Below, piece by piece: positions 29,708 to 32,658 of a stretch of DNA of 32,658 bases (positions are counted from its first letter, which is position 1; every line of letters begins with the position of its first letter). The notes under the pieces were generated by a model, which was not told the origin of the DNA, made no database searches, and saw only the letters and a program-made list of their open reading frames with translations. This DNA is from Parvularia atlantis (lineage: Eukaryota). The translations under genes were made by a program, and so were the position numbers. Where the stretch lies: assembly GCA_943704415.1 (NCBI GenBank), contig CALSCO010000645.1:1-32658 (forward strand). The letters are read 5' to 3'.

Positions 29708-31597
29708 TGACTAGTCGCGCTCACGCAGTACCTCGAGACGCTCGCGCCGGCGATGATGGAGCGGCTGTGTGCGCAGCCAGCCGCGTGCCTCGCCATCTTC
29801 CGCGCCCTGCCGAACCTGGCCAAGACGTACATCATGCGCGCGCTGTACCTGCCGCACGCGCTGCCGATGGCCACCGTCGCCGGGTGGTGCCGCCCGGACC
29901 AGCTGCGAACGTGCGTCGCGCGCTGCGCCCTGCCGTGCCGATCGCTGATTGTACGCGCCACGCAAAGCGCACACGCGCACGCGCTCAGCCGGCTGCGGCG
30001 CCTGCACCTCATCGGCAACGCCGAGACCGTGTTCCAACTCATGCCGCAGTTTGCCAAGCATCTGGTCGAGGCGCTCGCGGGTAGCGGCGACAAGAGCAGC
30101 TTTGGCGTGCCGTCCTCGACCGCGGCCAGCTCAGCCGACGACCGGAAGCAGAACGTCGACATCGATCTGCTGGACACGGTCTCGCGCAAGCGCTGGGAGG
30201 CGCGTCGGCCGCACCATGTGCACACGCGGGCTGACGCTGCACGGTCGCAGGCGATACTGCACTTCATGGTCGACATCAACGTGGACGAGCGCCCGCCGCC
30301 GGGCGTGACGCGCCTGCTCGAGCGCGCGGGGCTGATCACGCTCAAGTGCGGCCCGCACTCACCGCACAGCGTGCGCGTCTCACCACGCACGGCCAGAGAC
30401 GACGTCGTGCGCATCACGCCCAAGGGCTTCCAGTTCCTCCTGCGCAACTCGCACGCGCAGGTCTGGACGCTCCTGCTGCACTACGTCGACATGGGCGAGG
30501 TGCGCACCGTCGCACTTGGCGATCGTCGTACTGACCGTGCCGACGTGTGCGTACAGGACGAGCTCAACATGGACCGCATCGAGATCTTGCACTTTCTGTT
30601 CCAACTCGGTGCGATGACGCTCGGCATGGTGCGCGCCGGTGCGCTTGTGCTCGTCCAGCCGCCTCACGCCGGCGCGTGTCCTAGGCGTACAAGGTCAGCA
30701 AGCTCACCGAGACGCAGCGGACGATGCTCGAGGACCTGAAGGACCTCGGCCTGGCGTACCAGCGCGACGTGCGCGCCCGTGCGCCGTTACATGCCGTCCT
30801 GCTGCCTCACTGCGCCGCCAGTCGACCTCGCACCGCTTCTACCCAACACGCCTCGCCACGCTGCTCACGTCGCGCAACGCCGCACTGAGCGACGTGCGCC
30901 ACGAGGCCTTCATCATCGTTGAGACCAACTTCAAGATCTACGCCTACACGGGTGCGGCGCGCGCGCGCACTCTTTGCGTCTGCTCACGCGTGTGCGGCCG
31001 CAGACTCGCCACTGCAGATCGCCATCCTCAACCTGTTCTCGAACCTGCGCTACCGCTTCGCCAACCTCGCCGTGGGCTCGATCGAGCGCGAGAGCGTGAG
31101 CAAGGCGTTCGTGAACGGTATCACGGCCGACCAGGTGCGCAGCCGAGCCCATGCGGCAGGAGCTTACCAACCGCCATGCGCAGATCCTGCACTACCTCGC
31201 AACGCACGCGCATCCGCAGCTGCGGCGGAAAGTGCGCGCTTGCACTGCTTCACAGAAACAACGGCCGTTCTGACGCCAGACCGCAGACGCCCGTCATCCC
31301 GCTGTCGGTCTCGGACCAAATCCGCCTGTGGCACATGGAGCGCGACCGCCTCAAGAAGACGCCGGGCGTCCTCTACGACGAGTTTGAGACGAAGGAGGAC
31401 TACCAGCTGGTGGCGTCGTACGCGCGCGACCTCGGCGTGCTGCTGTACGAGAACGTGGCGATTGGCAACGGCGTGCTCGTCGTGACGCGCCCCGGGCACG
31501 ACCAGGTGTGCTTGGCTGGCGGCGGCAGCGCGCGACTGACCACCAAGCGCAGGTCAAAGAGTTTGTTAACCGGCACATCACAAACAGACGGACATAG
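29618..31597 (+). CDS. TFB2: TFIIH core subunit p52 / Tfb2 (GTF2H4); 11 introns
   Basis: Contains [73 protein letters not shown] and [13 protein letters not shown]. Confidence 0.96.
29664..29705. repeat. (CT)n microsatellite within TFB2 intron 1 (29654-29728)
   Basis: Pure CT run between the donor and the branch point. Confidence 0.97.
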
Positions 31598-31954
31598 ACT
31601 GTATACTAAGAACATAGCCAGGCGAAGAAACATGACTCGATCATCGATGGCACGCTGCAACGGTCGTCAAGGAAAAGTCGGCCGAGTAGCATCCGTCCGG
31701 CTCGCCACTTGCACAGTCTCCCCAGCGGCCTATGACACACCGCCCGGCAGCTCGATCGGCACGTCTGCTGCCCGTACGCGCAGGATAGGCCGTTATCAGT
31801 CACCATCGACCGATCGCGTGTTTCGGGAAAGTTCTTGACCCCAAATTACGCACACGCCACGCGACTTTGCGGGGTCGGACGCCCGCTGCCCCCGCGCGTT
31901 GCCGCGGGGATCCCCACAGCGTGCACGTGCTGCTGTTGTGCGCGCTATGCCCAG

Positions 31955-31988
31955 CTGCTGCTGCTGCTGCTGCTACAGCTGCTGCTGT
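31955..31988. repeat. Imperfect (CTG)n tract in the intergenic region
   Basis: Visible CTG repeats with one CTACAG interruption. Confidence 0.85.
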
Positions 31989-32152
31989 GACGAGCGCAAC
32001 TGAGCGCTCACAACAGGGGGCGCAGCACGCTCCCGTGGAAGCGTCCCGTGCTGCGCGCTCGCATTACCTCAGAGCGCAGGCCGCGGCCGCCCGGACGCAG
32101 CAGTTAACGCGCGACGCGCGCGGCGCAGACGGCGCACACGACACGAGTGGGA

Positions 32153-32658
32153 ATGACAAAGCACATGGCGGTGGCGGTGGTCGCTGCGGTGGTCGTGGTT
32201 GCGCTTGCGTGCACGGCGGGTGCGCGTGCGCAGAGCACGGTGCTGTACTACCGGTGCGTTGGCGCGCGTCGTGCTCACTCGCGTGTCTCACACGGCGCAC
32301 GCAGCAACCGCAACTGGTACAGCAACGCGAGCGTGGCGACGGTGCAGCTGCTCGTGTACGACAGCGCCTCGGCATACCTGGGCGCCGTGCCGCTGTCCAA
32401 GTGCTCGGCGAGCATCATCGACGACTTCTGGATCACGTCCATCGGCACGCTCGGCGCCGGCTTCGCCACCAACCGCTACGCCGTCGCGGGCTACAACTCG
32501 GCCGGGGTGCGCCGCACCCCCCGCCCCGTCCGTCCACCCTGCGCGCCCTGACCCTCCCCCTCGCAGGCGCAGATCGTGCTCGACACGGCCGTGTGCGGCT
32601 CGGCCTCGTCGCTGTACTCGAGCGTGCGCCGCCCCCCCACCCCCACCGCCCCGCCCCG
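32153..32658 (+). CDS. Predicted secreted or surface protein of unknown function, truncated by the window end
   Basis: Signal-peptide-like start MTKHMAVAVVAAVVVVALACTAGARA-Q. Typical GTGCG...CAG introns at about 32254-32304 and 32507-32566, with coding-like codon usage. Confidence 0.65.

Noticed and set aside
31598..32152. Longest intergenic region as a possible ncRNA or mobile element
   Set aside because: I found no tRNA cloverleaf, snRNA or Sm motifs, terminal inverted repeats or target-site duplications. It looks like a 3'UTR plus promoter with a CTG tract.

Overview
This is GC-rich, very compact eukaryotic genomic DNA, so the raw ORF track is misleading. By hand-splicing I read 13 protein-coding genes broken by roughly 135-140 tiny introns, mostly 44-70 nt. 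The introns have a GTGCGY donor, a CTGAC/CTCAC/CTAAC branch point, a CAG/AAG/TAG acceptor and no polypyrimidine tract. Gene order: coilin (+), myosin-TH1-like/PP2C phosphatase (-), ankyrin protein (-), citrate synthase-like (+), XMAP215/CKAP5 (-), SCYL1/Cex1 (+), UBC9 (-), bacterial-type trans-aconitate methyltransferase (+), signal-peptide SAM-dependent methyltransferase-like (-), PAS-PAS-GATA factor (+), kanadaptin (-), TFIIH p52/Tfb2 (+), and a partial secreted protein (+). The style suggests an intron-dense unicellular opisthokont, possibly a fungal relative such as a nucleariid; that is inference only. Main leads: an intact citrate synthase whose catalytic His loop is replaced, a TH1-PP2C fusion, about 9 frame-supported GC-AG introns, divergent gene pairs with only 45-67 bp between start codons, and a recurring TGTA element after stop codons. 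Gene identities come from motif recall, not database searches, and exon boundaries were set by eye.
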